A DNA stretch of 64,000 nt from Botryllus schlosseri (Eukaryota): NCBI GenBank assembly GCA_051294905.1, contig CM119372.1, positions 18,292,001 to 18,356,000 on the forward strand, written 5' to 3'. The position numbers and the translations under genes were made by a program. The notes under the pieces are model-generated. The model did no database searches. It was given only the letters and a program-made list of their open reading frames with translations, and had not been told where the DNA came from. Below, piece by piece: positions 11,766-26,443 of this stretch. How positions within the stretch are numbered: the first letter of the stretch is position 1; every line of letters begins with the position of its first letter.

Positions 11766-13262
11766 CTACAAAATGAGAGTGTCTTCATCGTACCATAAAG
11801 AATGATACTGTTTAATGTTGTGATCCACAACTTCCCATGTCCGTTAGGCTATAAAACTATGTGCTGTTTGGTTTGGAGTAATGCATGTTAAAGTTAGGAA
11901 CTCAGAGCAGTATTCCCTCTATTTTACCGAATTAAATTCGGTCTGAGCGTAGGTATATCACATATTTTCAGTTACTTTACTTACCACACGACAATGAACC
12001 AAAACCCCATACACACAGACACAGTCGTCAGAAGAGAGATGAATCGCCGTGTTCAATGATTGTAATTATAGCCGGACATGATAAGCGTTGTTCTGTCAGT
12101 GTTTCATAACCTGTGTGGGTCACTGCTGTGGGCCACTGTGGACAACCGCAGCATGCTGTATGTGGATTGCAAATAGCGATGTAGCGTTGTGCATTATTAC
12201 ATCGCTGAAATATTATTGGATTGCAGATACGGTTAACAATGTCCTCCTTTATGAGGATTTGTCCTCCTTTTTCAGGAAATCGAAAATGTCCTCCGACGAC
12301 GCGTAAATGTCCTCTTTTTTTGAAATTGGCTTTGATAGCCAGGGTATTGACAGGCTGAACTAAAAAACTCCATAAATGGCACGAAATCTGTAAGACGGAC
12401 GTTCGAGCGGGTCATTCGGGAGTAGGAATGGAAAAGGACATTTTTTCAGTGAAACCACAGCAGGACCGTTAAAAAGTGGGTAATGTGGGAGTCGAGTCGA
12501 GAAGATGACCTTTTTTTAGTCAACATAGCAACCACACAATATTTCCAGAACATATCGAACGAATCGAAAAAAGAACCAGCAGTTTTCTGGTCCGGTTGTC
12601 TGAATTTTATGATTTGTAAAACGTATTTTCCTTTCCGGATTCCAAAGTATAGTCACAGATTACCTCGAAATTCATACAAATGAAGTACTATGGACGTGCA
12701 GCCATACGTTATACGATCAATCAACCATTCACACAGCAAACAATCAGAAATGGACACGAAATGTTCTTCAACATTCAAATATATTTGCAATGGAATTAGA
12801 ATCCGCGCAAAATATTTGCTCAAAATCTACTCTGTAACAAAACTGTTGAACTGTGAAGGGAGAAGCTTGTTTATTTTTAATGCTCACCGGATACGAGAAG
12901 GTAACGCTTTGCCAAATACGGGAGGTACCGAGTGGCTACAACTCCTGCTGCTTCCTGCCATTGCTAGTAATCAAAATCAGAATATTTATAGAAACATTTA
13001 CTATTCTTGCGTCACAATTAGGTAAATGGATGGCGTTTGTGCCTTCAGCGCCACCCACGAATATCAAGCGAGGTTGCAGTAGCAGCGGATTTGAGATTCT
13101 ATTTCAAGGCAAGATCAAGATGCACATACATTTTCGTGACATTCCTGAATCCAACTCCATCAACTCCATCCAAAACCGATGCATGGGAATTGAATATTAT
13201 TGGAAATTCGATGTCCAACACCAAATTGGAAATTAGCAGTGCAAATTCTCATGATGTTTGAG

Positions 13263-14377
13263 TAGGGTTGCCATACGTCCGGAATTTCCCGGACATGTCC
13301 GGAATTTCGCTGAAAAATCTGCGTGCGGGAGGAATTTCTAAAATATGCCTAAATGTCCGGAATTTTGAAGGGTTGAAGTAGGCTGAAAAGTTTTTCGTAA
13401 ATCAACATAAACAATATTTTTTTTCAAGCAGATTTATGATATTCAAAATTCTTCTTCGCGCTGCGCGCGAGGTAATGACACGTATATTGATATTAGTGTG
13501 GGCACCAGGCACCACTTTCGCAAAAAATGCAATCAAAATAAATATAAATTACCATCATTTACTGAAATAAGTCCAATGGTAATCGCAATTATATGCAAAC
13601 GGTATAATACTAGAGTTGGTCAACGCCGATTAGATGCTTTAGTCACAGATAGTGGTTCCAAATCTTGGGGTCGTTTACCTTTATCTGGGGATCGCGATGA
13701 TCACCGTCCTATGCCGGGAGTAAGTTTGGGCAAGTTAAAAATTTTTAGCAATCAGCTTATCAAGTTTTTACCTGGGACACGGAACATTTTAAAGTTTGAA
13801 ATGAGGTCGCGACTATTAAAGGTTGGAAATCACCGGATGTGCAACCTGCTGGTGCATTTTATGGTAGCCTAATGGGAGAATCAATATTATTGAAGAATTC
13901 TTTCATAAAATTTCACAGTCAAATGCATATAGTAATTGTCCAAAAAGTTACATCGATTACCCTATGCTGGGTTAGAGATCAGTGCTCTTTTTTTGGGCTG
14001 AAGGGGGCGGAAAAAATGTTGTTTCGGACCTGATTAAAATAAAAACACACAATCAGATAGCCGCGCCAACCTAACAGTAGATAGCAGGGCTGTCAAACAC
14101 AATCCAGACGGGCCAAACACGGCCCGCCAGACGATTTCATCCGGCCAGTGGAGAAATCTATTGCACACCATAGCAAGTAGCAATCACCAGAGCTCACATT
14201 TCAGAGGGCCCAATTCATGACCTATATGTCCCACTCCATTCCTGTATACAGTCGTTTGGCAATGCTTTGCTCGTGTGACGTCATATTGACACTCAATGTG
14301 TAATACCTCATTTTTACATCCGCTAGTGGACGCTAAAGAGTGTCCGGAAATTGCTTCACAAAAATATGGTAACCCTA
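13263..14377. mobile_element. hAT-type MITE (TAGGGTTGCCATA TIR, GTCCGG repeats)
   Basis: tagggttgccata...tatggtaacccta; exact TSD tgtttgag; contains a fragment of another MITE near 14085. Confidence 0.9.
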
Positions 14378-14840
14378 TGTTTGAGCCTATAGCTGCAAGT
14401 CAGTGTTTTGAAAAATGAACGTTAAGAAGAATAGTTTTCGCATTTACAAGACTACAGCGAAAACCTTCACCAGTGCCTTCGACTAAATCGACTCCCTCTC
14501 TCCACTTTATAACCGAGATTGATAGAACTAAGAAGACATAAAAACACAAATTCTCCCAGCAGCTGTGACTAACAGCAGCTGTGACTAACAGAACAATATC
14601 TACATTTCTCTTATCGCTTTTGCTAATATCGTATTATCGTATTTCACTATTTTGTATATAGTTCTGTCGTATTACATATATAAGACTGTCAATAATTTCA
14701 TAGGAGTTATAGCCCAGCTAAGCTGATTTTAAACTTTTGTAACTGGACCTTTGCTAAAGATATTTCAGTTCCACTGCTTTAGAGTATACCGATATATCAC
14801 AAACAGATATTTAGAACGTTGCTGATTTTTATATAAGATT

Positions 14841-15380
14841 CAGGGCTGTAATGACTCGAGTCAGACTCGAGTCACGAGTTTTTGGTGACACGACTTGACT
14901 CCAGTCATTTTCTTAAAAATGAAAAATGACTCGACTCGACTTGGACTGGAGTCATTGCGCATGACTCGGACCAAGTTATATGACTCGAGACTGGGTCTAC
15001 CAAGACAGGCATTTCATTGTAATATCGAAGAATAGTAATCACACTATAGTTATTTCGTCTATCGGTACGGGTACTGGAAAATTAGTATATTCTGGAAAAT
15101 TAGTATATTATGAATGCGAAGCTATGGATATCACCGAGCAGAGCTGTAAAAAGTGGGTTTCACATGACATTATCTCGGAACTGATCAGTCAACCCAATGA
15201 CCTGGACTCGGACTCGAGTCAAAACACCATGACTCAGACTCGACACTTTAATCCGTGACTTGGACTTGGACTGACTCGGTGGTGAATTGAAAACGACTCG
15301 ACTTGACTCGAGTCAAAACTATAAAAGTGAGATTGAGATTGACTTGTGACTCGGAACCTCGTTACTTGGTTACAACCCTG
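14841..15380 (+). mobile_element. hAT-type MITE family D (CAGGGCTGTAA TIR, GACTC repeats)
   Basis: TSD ataagatt/ataagatc (7/8); inverted homolog at 60207-61101. Confidence 0.88.
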
Positions 15381-15395
15381 ATAAGATCCATAATT

Positions 15396-15754
15396 TAGGG
15401 TTACCATCAGTCCTCCTTTAGGAGGATTTGTACCCCTTTTCAGGAAATCGAAAATGTCCCCCGAGGACGCGCAAATGTCCTCATTTTTTATAATTCGTCC
15501 TCTTTTGTAGTTTTCAGAGGCAGGCGATTTTAGGCACAAACAAAACACGCCATTAATGACGCCAAATGTAGCATCGGGACGTTCCAGCGGGTCTTTCAAG
15601 AATCGAGATGGAAAAATGACCTTTTTTCAGTCAACACCAGATGCATAATTTCCTGTAAAAATTTTCAAATTATCCGTTTTCTCGTCCGATATTTTAGATT
15701 TTTTGATTTGTAAAATGTGTCCTCTTTGCATTATCTTCAAATATAGTAACCCTA
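15396..15754. mobile_element. hAT-type MITE (TAGGGTTACCA TIR, TGTCCT repeats); relatives at about 12228-12660 and 28564-28959
   Basis: tagggttacca...tagtaacccta; shares internal ttcaggaaatcgaaaatgtcc with 12270. Confidence 0.75.
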
Positions 15755-15887
15755 CTTAATGGAGATTTGGTGGCATGCTAAGATGGAACTATAGGAACAA
15801 CATCAAGTCCGACCTGTAGCAATCATGGGTGTGATATGAAATTAGGTATTGCCGATGCATTACCTATAAGTATTTGACCGAACTATA

Positions 15888-16855
15888 CAGAGGTAGTCAG
15901 TAACGAATTACTTCTACTTTTTCGAAGTACTCAAGTAGTTTTCCTCTACTTCTGGTACTTACTCAAGTAGACCTGATTTTCTCTACTTCTACTTCTACTT
16001 CGTAATATTTTGTGATCTACTTACTTCCTTTTCGCTATTTACAGTTTGTCAAGTAGAAGTAGTTTAATCCCCCAATACGAAAGACCGCTTGATGAATTTC
16101 GGGGCTGTTTTCACGGAGTACCAACATTTAATATTCATAAAGTCAAGTAAAGCCCAGAAATTTTATTGCGCTTCGCGCACAGTAGTTATGGAGTGACAAA
16201 TATGTTTTTTCACGAAATATCAGTGAATTTAATTTAGGTGCCGGATTGCTATTTGGTTCCGCTCACACCTCATTGTCGCCCATGGTCCACCATAACGTTT
16301 CAAACTACCGTTTCGCAATCTAGCAATTACCTATCCTATCGTTATCTAGCAGCCCATGACGTGTCCTGCTAATCTGGAAAATCCGACTTTTGGGAACGTT
16401 ACACCTGTTTTAGCAGATCACCTTTAAAGCTTCATGGACAAAAGATATGAAATATATTTTCTGCTTTTTAGAAGTGGTATTTGTATTTCACCTTCAATTC
16501 CGAGTATCATACTTAGAGTTCTAATTACTTTCAGTTCTTTTGTCTGCAGAACAGACATGTTGAAGCATAAAAGCAAGTGTAGTAATGCCTCTATTTTCCC
16601 AAAATAAAGCTACAATAAATATAAATTTTACGATCCACAATATTTGTTATTAACGTATAGTAATCGCGAAAAGGGTTGAAACCGTATCCAATACAACTTC
16701 TCCGTATCGCTTTTCGCCTAAACTTGGGGCCTTATGATATGGGGTAGGGCGCCATTCCATGATATGAAGTACTTCTACTTGTACTTGAGTAGATTTTTTC
16801 GTCGCTACTTCTACTTCTACTTGAGTAGCTTTCTTGACTACTTTGACCACCTCTG
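15888..16855 (+). mobile_element. hAT-type MITE family A copy
   Basis: TIRs cagaggtagtca...tgaccacctctg; exact 8-bp TSD gaactata. Confidence 0.92.
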
Positions 16856-17499
16856 GAACTATATACGCATTGACTCAATGCAATCATGTAATGTGTCAGT
16901 GAGGCTAGACTTCCCTGTAATTGATGCCACAGAGCCACATACTTTTCGTCGCTTCGATCGGCGTGTAATGGCATTGTAATGTACTGGAAGATGACAGAAG
17001 CTCCGAAAGTTTCCCCGCCCAATGTACGGAGCCCATGCAGCTGTTTTGTTTCAAACACGGATCTTCCAATTTAACCCAAAAGTCATTCTCAATATGACGA
17101 ACAATAAGAATATGCCCATCGATATCGATTTCACCATCCACTATAATCTATTTCCGCAAAAACACTGAGGTGAATAACTATTAATATGACGCCGAACTGT
17201 CGTTGAAACGCAACCAGCGTACTAAAACTGTCAAGTGCTGGCAAGCGCTCAATTAAGGTCGCGGTTTTACAATGTGAGCTAATATATGTTTTTCAAGGAA
17301 TTCAGGTATTTGCTAATCTGTGATTTTCATTCTGAGGATTTAACTTTTTCCGCATTCTGACGAAGACCGTGGTGCAACCATTCTTATTGGCACATGTGGC
17401 TTATTGACTGAAACTATGTCTGGTCGAGTCAGTACTTTCGCAGCGGACCCATGATCAATTGGGAAGATATTCATCTCATCTGCGTGTCACAATGACTTT

Positions 17500-20400
17500 A
17501 ATTCAGCAGCATTACACATCCATCGTATCCTGGTGTGTAAGATTCTTCATAAAGTCCGTGTTCAAGATACAAGTTCGTATTACGTATGCTATACTTGTCT
17601 TGTAATGGAAAAGGAATTTTTCGTCGTATTATTGAGATGAGTGAGATTTCACTTAATTGGCTGTTTGGATTGTCGAAAACAGTTTCCCCCAAAGAACTCT
17701 GCGATGCTACCCCTTTAAAACTAATACACTGTTTGCATTTTTAGTTCACACACGGCGCGACCATTGAAATTTCTCAATACCTTTGATTTTCGTAGAACTG
17801 ATTAAAGAGATCACGTTCAGAGGGCACGCGGAGAGTGTTCAAATTTGAGAATATATCCCGCCATCTTATCGTACTTACCGATGAAATATATATACATTGT
17901 GCGACCTATCGACTTAATGTGAAACCAACATGGTTTGTACTTGCTAAAAAAATAGACAACGAAACTTTCAAGCACAAGTAAAATAAATATGTATATATTG
18001 CTGTAATTAAATAAATCATTCTTGACAATATTCAAATCAAAGCAACTACTCAATATTAGCCTATACAACGTATTTCAGTTTCAATCTCAATCTCAGAGAT
18101 GTAATATGGACTCTAGCGCGTATTGTGTTAAGAAAGATGTCTTGACGGACGTAACAACAGCTTTCAATATCTGGTTGTAAAAATCATGTTTTGGACATGT
18201 CTACATGGATGATGCTTAGTTGGAGTGCGTGTTATCCTGCTGCATTTGCGCGGACCGCGATTCACACGAGGACGATAGAGGTGCCAAGATGACTCGTGCT
18301 GACCCGACACTATGTGCTACGTGTTGACATGGGATGACTCACGCAGATTAGTGGAGTCGATTTGGTGTGAGATCAAGTTACAATCCTGATAATAGGATAG
18401 CAGCGAAGGCCTAACCTAAATATTTACGCTAAAGCTCGTGACACATGCTCTTCTGACGACACCGCTATGCTGGAATACAGGAGGGCGATTATTACGCCAC
18501 ACTCGCTGCGAGTAAACTTCCGTGCATCAAGGATATGATGGACATTGGACATATACGTTTGTACACAAGGGAGACCTTCTCCTTCGAGAGATTATAATGT
18601 TGTGAAAGCCATCAAGAGAATCTATGATTATTTCAATGAATGTTTATGGCTACTCCGAAACCAAATTCATATCGCTCTTACATGTGTTTTCGTTGTAAAT
18701 TTGTAGTCTGATGTCGGGGTTTTCGGTGTACTGTAGCCCATCAATCATCCATAGTTTATTCAAGTATTTTGATAGGCCTATAAATAATATACCATCCGTA
18801 TTGATGTATTTTAAATTCGGATGCGTCGCGATCAGACAGTTAGGAATTTCTGGAGTGCTGAATATTATCAAAATCGTAAATTCGGCGAGGTGTTATGTTG
18901 TTTATTGTATACATAAAGACTGGCACAAGAGCCCCCGGGCAAGATCGCTGTTTTAGTAAATCCTTTATTGGAGACGAGCACTATGCAATGGGTGAAAACA
19001 AATCTACATATCGACCATGTTCTGTCGATAGTTTTAAGATTGTCTTCTGGGAATGAAGTATATTTGAAATTCATCTGAATGCTCACTGCTCGGTCACGTC
19101 AAAAGATTGACAATACGCTTGTGCGGTCTCGGTGTCTGAGAGAGTATAGCTAAACTTAACTTGTAAAACGTCTAATCGTTCATGACCTCAAGACAATGTA
19201 AGCTGCTTTGATATTTTGGGGAGATTACTCACGAAGTGCTGGAGTAAGCGGAAAATATATGTCTGGTCTCATAAAACCGAGAACCATGTGAGGATGGAAA
19301 CATCATTTTTTTTCCTGGTGTGATGAACCCGATCTCTACTATACGTGATCAGATTAGAATATGTCTATAACGGTAAAACGACTGTGGATTATGAACGATC
19401 GGCGTTCGACCAGTTCCTACTGTACAAAATGCAATTTTCTTCATTTACGAGGAGTTACTGCGAAGACAAAAGTAATGAGGTGAGTGAATTTATCTATATC
19501 AGGGTCCTAAAATTCTTACAGACAGTGCGACTTGGATGCGTGTCAGCCGTCTCAAATTACGACAGTTAAGTTGCCGGTATAGTATTAGCTTGCTAGAGCG
19601 GATCCTCTGTTATTAGCATTTAGCATTATATGTAATATGCACTAGATATTTGAGTATATTAGTGATGTAGCAACATACTAAATAAAATTATTTCTCATGG
19701 TGCAGTGAGAATAACGAGTGTGATTCCTGTCAAGTTTTCCTCGTGAAAACACAAACAGGATGGCAAATTGACAGAACGATTTCGGCCCTGTGGGCGGCAA
19801 ATGCTGAATATGATGTTATTAAATTGAACTGAGGCTGTGAAATGAGTAGATTTCACAATTATTATGACAGAACAAACAATCTGATAACCCGGCGGAAATG
19901 AAAAATAATATGGAAAAACTGGAATTTCATGTCGATTATATGTCAGGTCACAGAGTATTAAAACTTCCTTATTTCGCACTTGAGTAGGGTGCCAACTGTT
20001 CTAAGATTTGAAAGTTATCATGTTTTTCACATCTCATCGTTTCTACATATGCAGTATCGTTAAAGTAAGCTGTATTGCTGGATTTTAAAGCAGCTGGTCC
20101 AATGAAGCCTGACACACTTTGTATCATCAGTGTGTCCAAAACGCGTATTATGAGGCTTAGTGTTTAAATGTAGAGCCTATTACTGTGGCGATTTGCGTAG
20201 TGGTATGTTCCGTCACTGCAACACCAATCGATCGTAGGTTCGAGTCCGACCGAGGTCCACTTCAGAATCCCTTCCTATATATTGGAGCTTTTGCCATCCG
20301 ATCCCCGTAAGCGTCTCATTGAGACGTAGAAATAAAAGTGCGCCGTTCTGTATGACGACAGCTCAGTAACAGTCAATAGAATACAGGCTTGGTGTGAAAT

Positions 20401-21250
20401 AACCACGTCGAAACACCATGAGAAAAACATGTAGGCCCTGACCGTCCGGATAAGTTGACTTCGTCACGAGATCACAATCACAACAGTGAAAACAGCAAAA
20501 TATTTGCAAATAGATTTCACTGAGTTTGTTTGTCTGTAAGGCTACGGTTTAACTGAATTTCGCAGAAACATACCTCGTCTAACAGAAAATATGTTGGTCG
20601 CTGTGATGTTATCGGCAAATGACTGTCGTTTAAGATTTGCAGGATTATTTCGACGGTTATGAAGACAAAAGTCGCAATCCAATATGGTTTCAAGGTGAAA
20701 TCGATATTTAACGAGATACTGCGATTTGATACATCATCACGACAATAGCCATGATAATGACAGCGTTCGCGGACATTTGTACTTATACACTTCGAAATCG
20801 AAGTGCGAACAATAACCTGCAATCTCTTGTGCGTAAAACGAATCAACTATAAGCCCCGCAACGACATTGCGACGTGAGTGATATCGGATGTGCGGGCCGC
20901 ACATCATCGTCGTTATATCGGGCATGATTGCGCGGGGAACATCTGCGATTAAATCGCGCACATATTGGTAAACATTAGGGAGTTTCATAATCAGCAAAAC
21001 TTTTTCACATCTTCCACCTTCATGGACAAAGTGATAAGGATCGCTGGGACGAGAAGTCTTTTAAGGCAATTTCGCTTCGATTTAAGGCGAAAAAGTAAGG
21101 GAGTAAGGCTTACGCCGTCCGTGTTCATTTCACAGCATGTTACAATTTACATTTTGGGCCATGGCGCTACAGCAAGTTGTCTGCCAGTCCGCTACCGTCC
21201 GTCGTACCGACAGTGAAACTCAATCCGCGCCAACAAAGTTGATCACCTTT
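17500..21250 (-). pseudogene. Possible decayed coding region (LRR-like fragments)
   Basis: Largely MITE-free stretch with several short minus-strand ORFs. Similar segments recur (LIATHPNLKYINTDG near 18800; LAVAPWPKM*...MNTDG near 21130) but are broken by stops. Confidence 0.2.
20187..20430 (+). mobile_element. tRNA-derived SINE
   Basis: A-box-like ttgcgtagtgg and B-box ggttcgagtcc; head and tail (gtcgaaacaccatga) shared with 60492-60767. Confidence 0.75.
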
Positions 21251-22673
21251 GAAAATAGAGGAGATAGAGGTATGACTCAGCGTTATTGATAGGGTAACTT
21301 TCAAGGATCATGAATATAATAGCCCTGCTTCTATAGGATTTCAAATTGGGTAGGGTGTGGCGTCATTCCACTCATGACATCACGTGACGTGATTTCAGTA
21401 TTAAAACAGGTGTTGTCGTTCCTAAAATTTCGTTCGGAACCACATGCCACAATAGCTACAAATCACGCCGCAACCACTTTGTGAATAGATATTGCATTCT
21501 TATATTATTGCGGGTGAGATCTCACTCCCTTAAAAGCAGTATAAATCACTCCTTATTCGGTACATATTGCTTTGTCTGTTGTTGTTTTTGGTAGTCATGG
21601 TGTTTCGACTACTACGGTCTTGTGCACCAGAGCAATTTTCCTTATGATTCATGATTATTATGATTACGAATCTTACAACTTGTAGCACGACCTTTTTTGT
21701 TCGTGTTTTTCGCTTTGTCGTATTATGGTTGGACCCAAAATTGTATCACTGCCTCTACATGTGGTCAAACTGAACCTACATTTTTGCTCGATACGCAGAT
21801 TGGTTGTAACATTATAATATTCTCGCAAGAATACAATGAAATTGTCCGCGAATTTTTTTTGTGAAAGCATCAGTTTTACTGAATAAACATAGGTGTGTAT
21901 TTCAGAGGGCGTGTTTGATGTAGGCTACATCCACTGTCACTGGCACCAGGTTCAAGTAAAGGTATTGTGGATAGGAACGCGATTATATCCATCAGACATG
22001 GGAAAACGCTCTTGCAGTTTTAGGCTGTTGATCTCAGATCCACTTAGGTGATTATCTGATGGAAGTAGAAGTGGGAATGAATCTACCTTACATTCTATAT
22101 CGAGTTAAATGAGTCAACGTTTCTTTATTGTATAACGACGTACTTGACGCGGTCTTCGAAAAAGCAGACGAGGTACACCGCATCTTGTCTTCAAAATATT
22201 ATTCACGTTCACGTTCGGTAATTGAAATTAATGAGCATAGAGGGAAATAAAGTAACAGTAAAATAACGGAATTTATAGAGAATGACATAATGACGATTGA
22301 CGTTGATGAGTTCGGCCATAGGCCTATGGTGCATAGAATAGTTTAGTGACATGGCATTTTGTGCTGTTGATTACATTGGCATGATACTTGAGCCGTTCGA
22401 AAATTGAAGAGGATGCTATAATCTCACTCTCTGCAGTCACGAAATATTGCATTCTGCATCAAGAGTAGCACGCAATCTATTACACACTCAAATTTGAATA
22501 AAACGAAATTTACTATAACAATTCGCGTGCCTGGCTCCGGTCATTCCTTTCCGCTTCAATGTATACAGGATACACATTACTTATACACAATTTTATACCA
22601 AAATTTCCTCACCATTACTATACATACTATAATGTCAATCATTTAAGGACGATATTATATATTATCATTATAG

Positions 22674-25600
22674 AACAATGCACATTAAAATACCGAGTGT
22701 TCAAGAAAGCTTACCTGCGACACGTTACGAGACAGGACCACATCGACTACATCAAAAGTTACAATGGATGTTTCCGTGAATGCTGTTATATTAAAAAGTA
22801 AACGCTTCTGCGCTCCGCTAACGAACCTCGATAACAAATCGGTATTCTTCTTTCAGATTTTCTTGCAAATCCTTCAGTTATTTTCATCTCACGAAGCAGT
22901 GCTTTCTGATGAACGTAACAAGACATGACGAAGGCGTGGTGCTGGCTCCCTCGGAAGTTCACTCGCACGTCGAAATAATTAGGCCAGGTAACTGCCCTTT
23001 CGAGTCGTCTGTGGCTGATGTGATGCGGCCTATGCAAAGTATATATAAGTCTGCTGGATAGATGTTACATATAATGTGCGGTTGTGATATTGACCTCGCG
23101 GTGGTGTGGATTTAATATTTGTGGATTACATATGGTTTACACTTCTGGTCTCGCAAAGCATGTGTATCAGGTTCGATTCCTGTTGGCTATAACTGACAAG
23201 AACCCAGACGCTGGTTAAGAAAACCACTCTCGGCCCCAAGAACGCGTACTGGACTAGTGGGTGTAGGTTCATTAGGTTGCGACAGGAAGGGCATACGGCG
23301 TGTCACTGCAGCCAATTCATTGTGCGGACAATTGAGCACCGATCATCTGCATGTGGCATCCCCACTATTTAGCCGGAGAAGCCCGGATACTTTCTCTGTC
23401 CCTCATTAAGTGCATTTGGAAATTTTAGGATCGATAGCGGTCGTTTCGGGGCCTAATCGACATGATTTGTCGTTTCTCATCCACTGTAATACGTAAATGA
23501 CCAGAGGTGGCTAAAGTAGGCAGCGTTGTTACTCAAGTACAAGTAGAAGTAACGCCGTAAGTTTCTACTGAAAGACTAGTCGAAACTACTACCAGTAGAA
23601 GTAGAAAATCCGAAAAGCACTTGAGGAAGTAGATTTGGTCGATGGGTCACATACTTGTAGCAGTTAATCGGGGGGCGTGGGGTGGATGAAGTCAGTGGCT
23701 GTTTTCGGAACTACATGACGCATCTTCGCGTCCAACGCAAAATGACAAATGACACCCCAAAAAGGTGCAGTTTTCGAAAATATATTCACTTAACATGATG
23801 CATGGGGGCTCTTTCGCACAGTTGTCATGAATATTTTACTCATCTAGGAGAAGCAAGCAAAACTACTTTCTACTTTACAAAATCCAAAGTTTTGCCTGAA
23901 GACTGTGGGCACGCAGTGGAAGTAGATATAGTCCAAAAACATAACTACTCCAGGAAGTATTACAAGCAGGAAAAACCTATACTTCAGTACTTGAAAAGAA
24001 GTAGAATTACTTCGTTACTGAATGGTATCTCTGAACAAACTGGTGATAATTCACGCAGAAACCCGCTTAATTTTCTTGAACAAATGTACACAAACACATA
24101 GCCACAATCCGTTTACAACAGGTGCACGAATATAGCGGATGACCACTGTATACCCGCGATATCGTATCAATCAGTAGTGATCATGTAATGGGTTGTGTCA
24201 ACTCAAGGAATTTCTGTGTCAGATGTCAGGCGATAAACCAAACTAGCGTCATAAAAAACCTTGCCCGTTACGATTCTTTATTTCGATAATAAAGACGACG
24301 GCGCGTTTTTATTTACGAAGATCTGCCTCATCAACTAGAAATTACCCCTCGGGTGAATGGCACTTATCAGATTAGTCGTCCGATTCCATTCATTGCAACG
24401 GTTCGCGTTATGAATTTGATCTATAGATAAATTGAAACGTAATCAGAGACATCCTTCGAGGAAGTCAATGTTAGTTTAATAAAGGAAAGAAAGTGTTTTC
24501 AAAATCGATTTTCCCTGCAAAAATTAGTTTATCCTGTATTAACATTAACGAGTGCATCATATAGATTATTATTTGTGCACCAAACCCAATTGTAATATAT
24601 TATGTAACTATTACCAAACGATTATCCGAGTTGACTCCGATCTAAGCTATTATAGGCACATCATAGCTTTCTTTAAAATCGCGATAGGCAGACATTCTTA
24701 CGATCGACCTATACGTGCTTGCTGGTTTGATGTAATATAAAAATAATATCGAGTGTTATTAGTGTATTATTCCCTCGACTAACGAGCAACACAAGCAAAC
24801 ACATATTGGTATGGGTCTCATGAAACAAGAGGACGCGAAATGTACTTGTACCTCGTGCAGCACCTATACAACCCAATATTCAGCTGCATACCCAAACCCT
24901 TTCTTTTTGTTACCCTACCCCTTTATGTAACAGATACCAGGACGACTTCAAAGGCAGAGGTAACGTCTTCCCCGAGACGTTCATCAACAGCACCTTTTAC
25001 GCAAACGCAATACGGTGCCTCGACAGTCATAAGAGCCAATCCAACTACTTATACAATGAAAAATTCGCAACTTCTGAAAACCATGGCGTCTTCAAGGATA
25101 GCAGACGACCGCGAACCAACCGATTCTACCGATTCGTCCGTAAAGATTCCGAAAAACACTGAGGGAAACGTATCGACTAGAAATCCTGCGACAGCTGATG
25201 ACACCTCTAATGATAGTGCACCAGTTACTTCATTATCTCCGAAAGATTTCCCAGAGCTATCTTCACCAAGCGAAGACGAAATATTGCCGGATGATCTCGA
25301 CAACAAACAAGCTGGGTGGTCTACATCTACCATCCAAACAGAATCTGCTTGGTCACGAAATGAACCCGTGGACGACAAGGTACTCGCCACGAAAATTCCG
25401 TCTGTGACGCAAGCGATTCCAGACACAAACAGATGGATTTTGACGAAAGAGTCATCGTTGTCAGCTAATACCATCGAGCCTAACACAGCGGAATCAGACC
25501 CTTCACAATCCGCTACAACACTGTCACTCGAATCATCACCAACAGTATTCAAGTCGTTCAGCATAACAAGCAGACAGAAAAAAACTACTACGACAACGCA

Positions 25601-26443
25601 ACAATCTCAAATAGACAATACTGCGAAGATATTTTCCAAATTCGTTATGCAACAGGCTAAAAAGAGAGGATCTGGAAACGCCAACAGGCCAAGTATGATG
25701 TGCCTGTAATTTGTAGTCAAATATCAGTTCTCACGGTCCCAGTTTCAAATTTAGGACGAATAGAAAAACTCATGGCTTGCGGTGTCGAGTGCAAGAATGG
25801 CGGGATTTGTAAAATATTTTCGAAACCCCCAGGAACACCGTATTGTCAATGCCACAGGGGGTTTAAAGGCGTGTATTGTGAAACCGCGGATACCGACAAA
25901 CAAGGTAGGGATTGTTTTTAAAAAGAGCTTCCATCTTTACGGATTTGGAACCCCCGATTTTTCCAAGCTGGTTTATGTTTCATATGAGCTGCGACCCGTA
26001 TTATTATATACTATATTTATTTATATATATATTCGTGGCACCGCAATTGAGCTGACCGCATTTACGCGGCAATGGCTGGCAAAAGATCGAATGATATGAA
26101 ATAATATGTTACCGGCAATTTTATTATGGGATTACCCGTTTTACATGTCGTTTAGATCGTAGTTCTGATCGCACCCAACCCAATACGACCGGTTTTTAAA
26201 TTGGGTATCGCTTACACCGTCGTTCTTTCACTTTCGCGATAAAATAAGAGTTGAAATTCCCGGATTGCTCTATATGTGTTGGTTATTTTCTTCGCAGGAA
26301 TCACGCGAATCAGCTGGTGGATCATTCTCGTCATCTCGATCGCCGTAATTCTATTTTTTTCGGTCGTCGGGACTTTTCTTGTCTTCTACATTTACAAACG
26401 CAAAATGAAAACCTACAACTTGACCAAGACACGTCCGTTCGAG
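22674..26443 (+). CDS. Single-pass membrane protein: PAN/apple domain + Ser/Thr-rich stalk + single EGF domain + TM helix (partial model)
   Basis: Phase-compatible GT-AG exons: 22674-22797 and 22857-22987 (QCTLKYRVFKKAYL...YIKSYNGCFRECCYIKK|FSCKSFSYFHLTKQCFLMNVTRHD, PAN-type Cys spacing), 24934-25692 (S/T/P-rich), 25755-25904 (CGVECKNGGICKIFSKPPGTPYCQCHRGFKGVYCE), 26298-26443 (WWIILVISIAVILFFSVVGTFLVFYIYKRK). Tentative cytoplasmic exons 27343-27397, 27448-27479 and 27666-27692. Signal-peptide exon not found. Confidence 0.8.
23502..24033 (-). mobile_element. Diverged short relative of MITE family A, in an intron of the PAN-EGF gene
   Basis: Starts cagaggtggctaaagtag with GTAGAA repeats and ends acttcgttactga...ctctg; no TSD seen. 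Confidence 0.6.

Noticed and set aside
11985..12050. Candidate upstream exon for the ParB-like gene (donor GTAAGT, phase compatible)
   Set aside because: It would add only a short hydrophobic peptide unlike the expected N-terminus; cannot be supported without transcripts.
17355..17440. CTGACGAAGACC...GGTCGA resembling a Penelope-type hammerhead ribozyme
   Set aside because: No properly placed GAAA core or convincing stems I and III could be found.
20187..20260. Possible tRNA gene (also tRNA-like boxes at about 9030-9090 and 23150-23190)
   Set aside because: No complete cloverleaf; the 20187 copy continues into a shared SINE body, and the others look like decayed SINE heads.
25049..25564. 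171-aa minus-strand ORF
   Set aside because: Antisense shadow of the Ser/Thr-rich exon on the plus strand.
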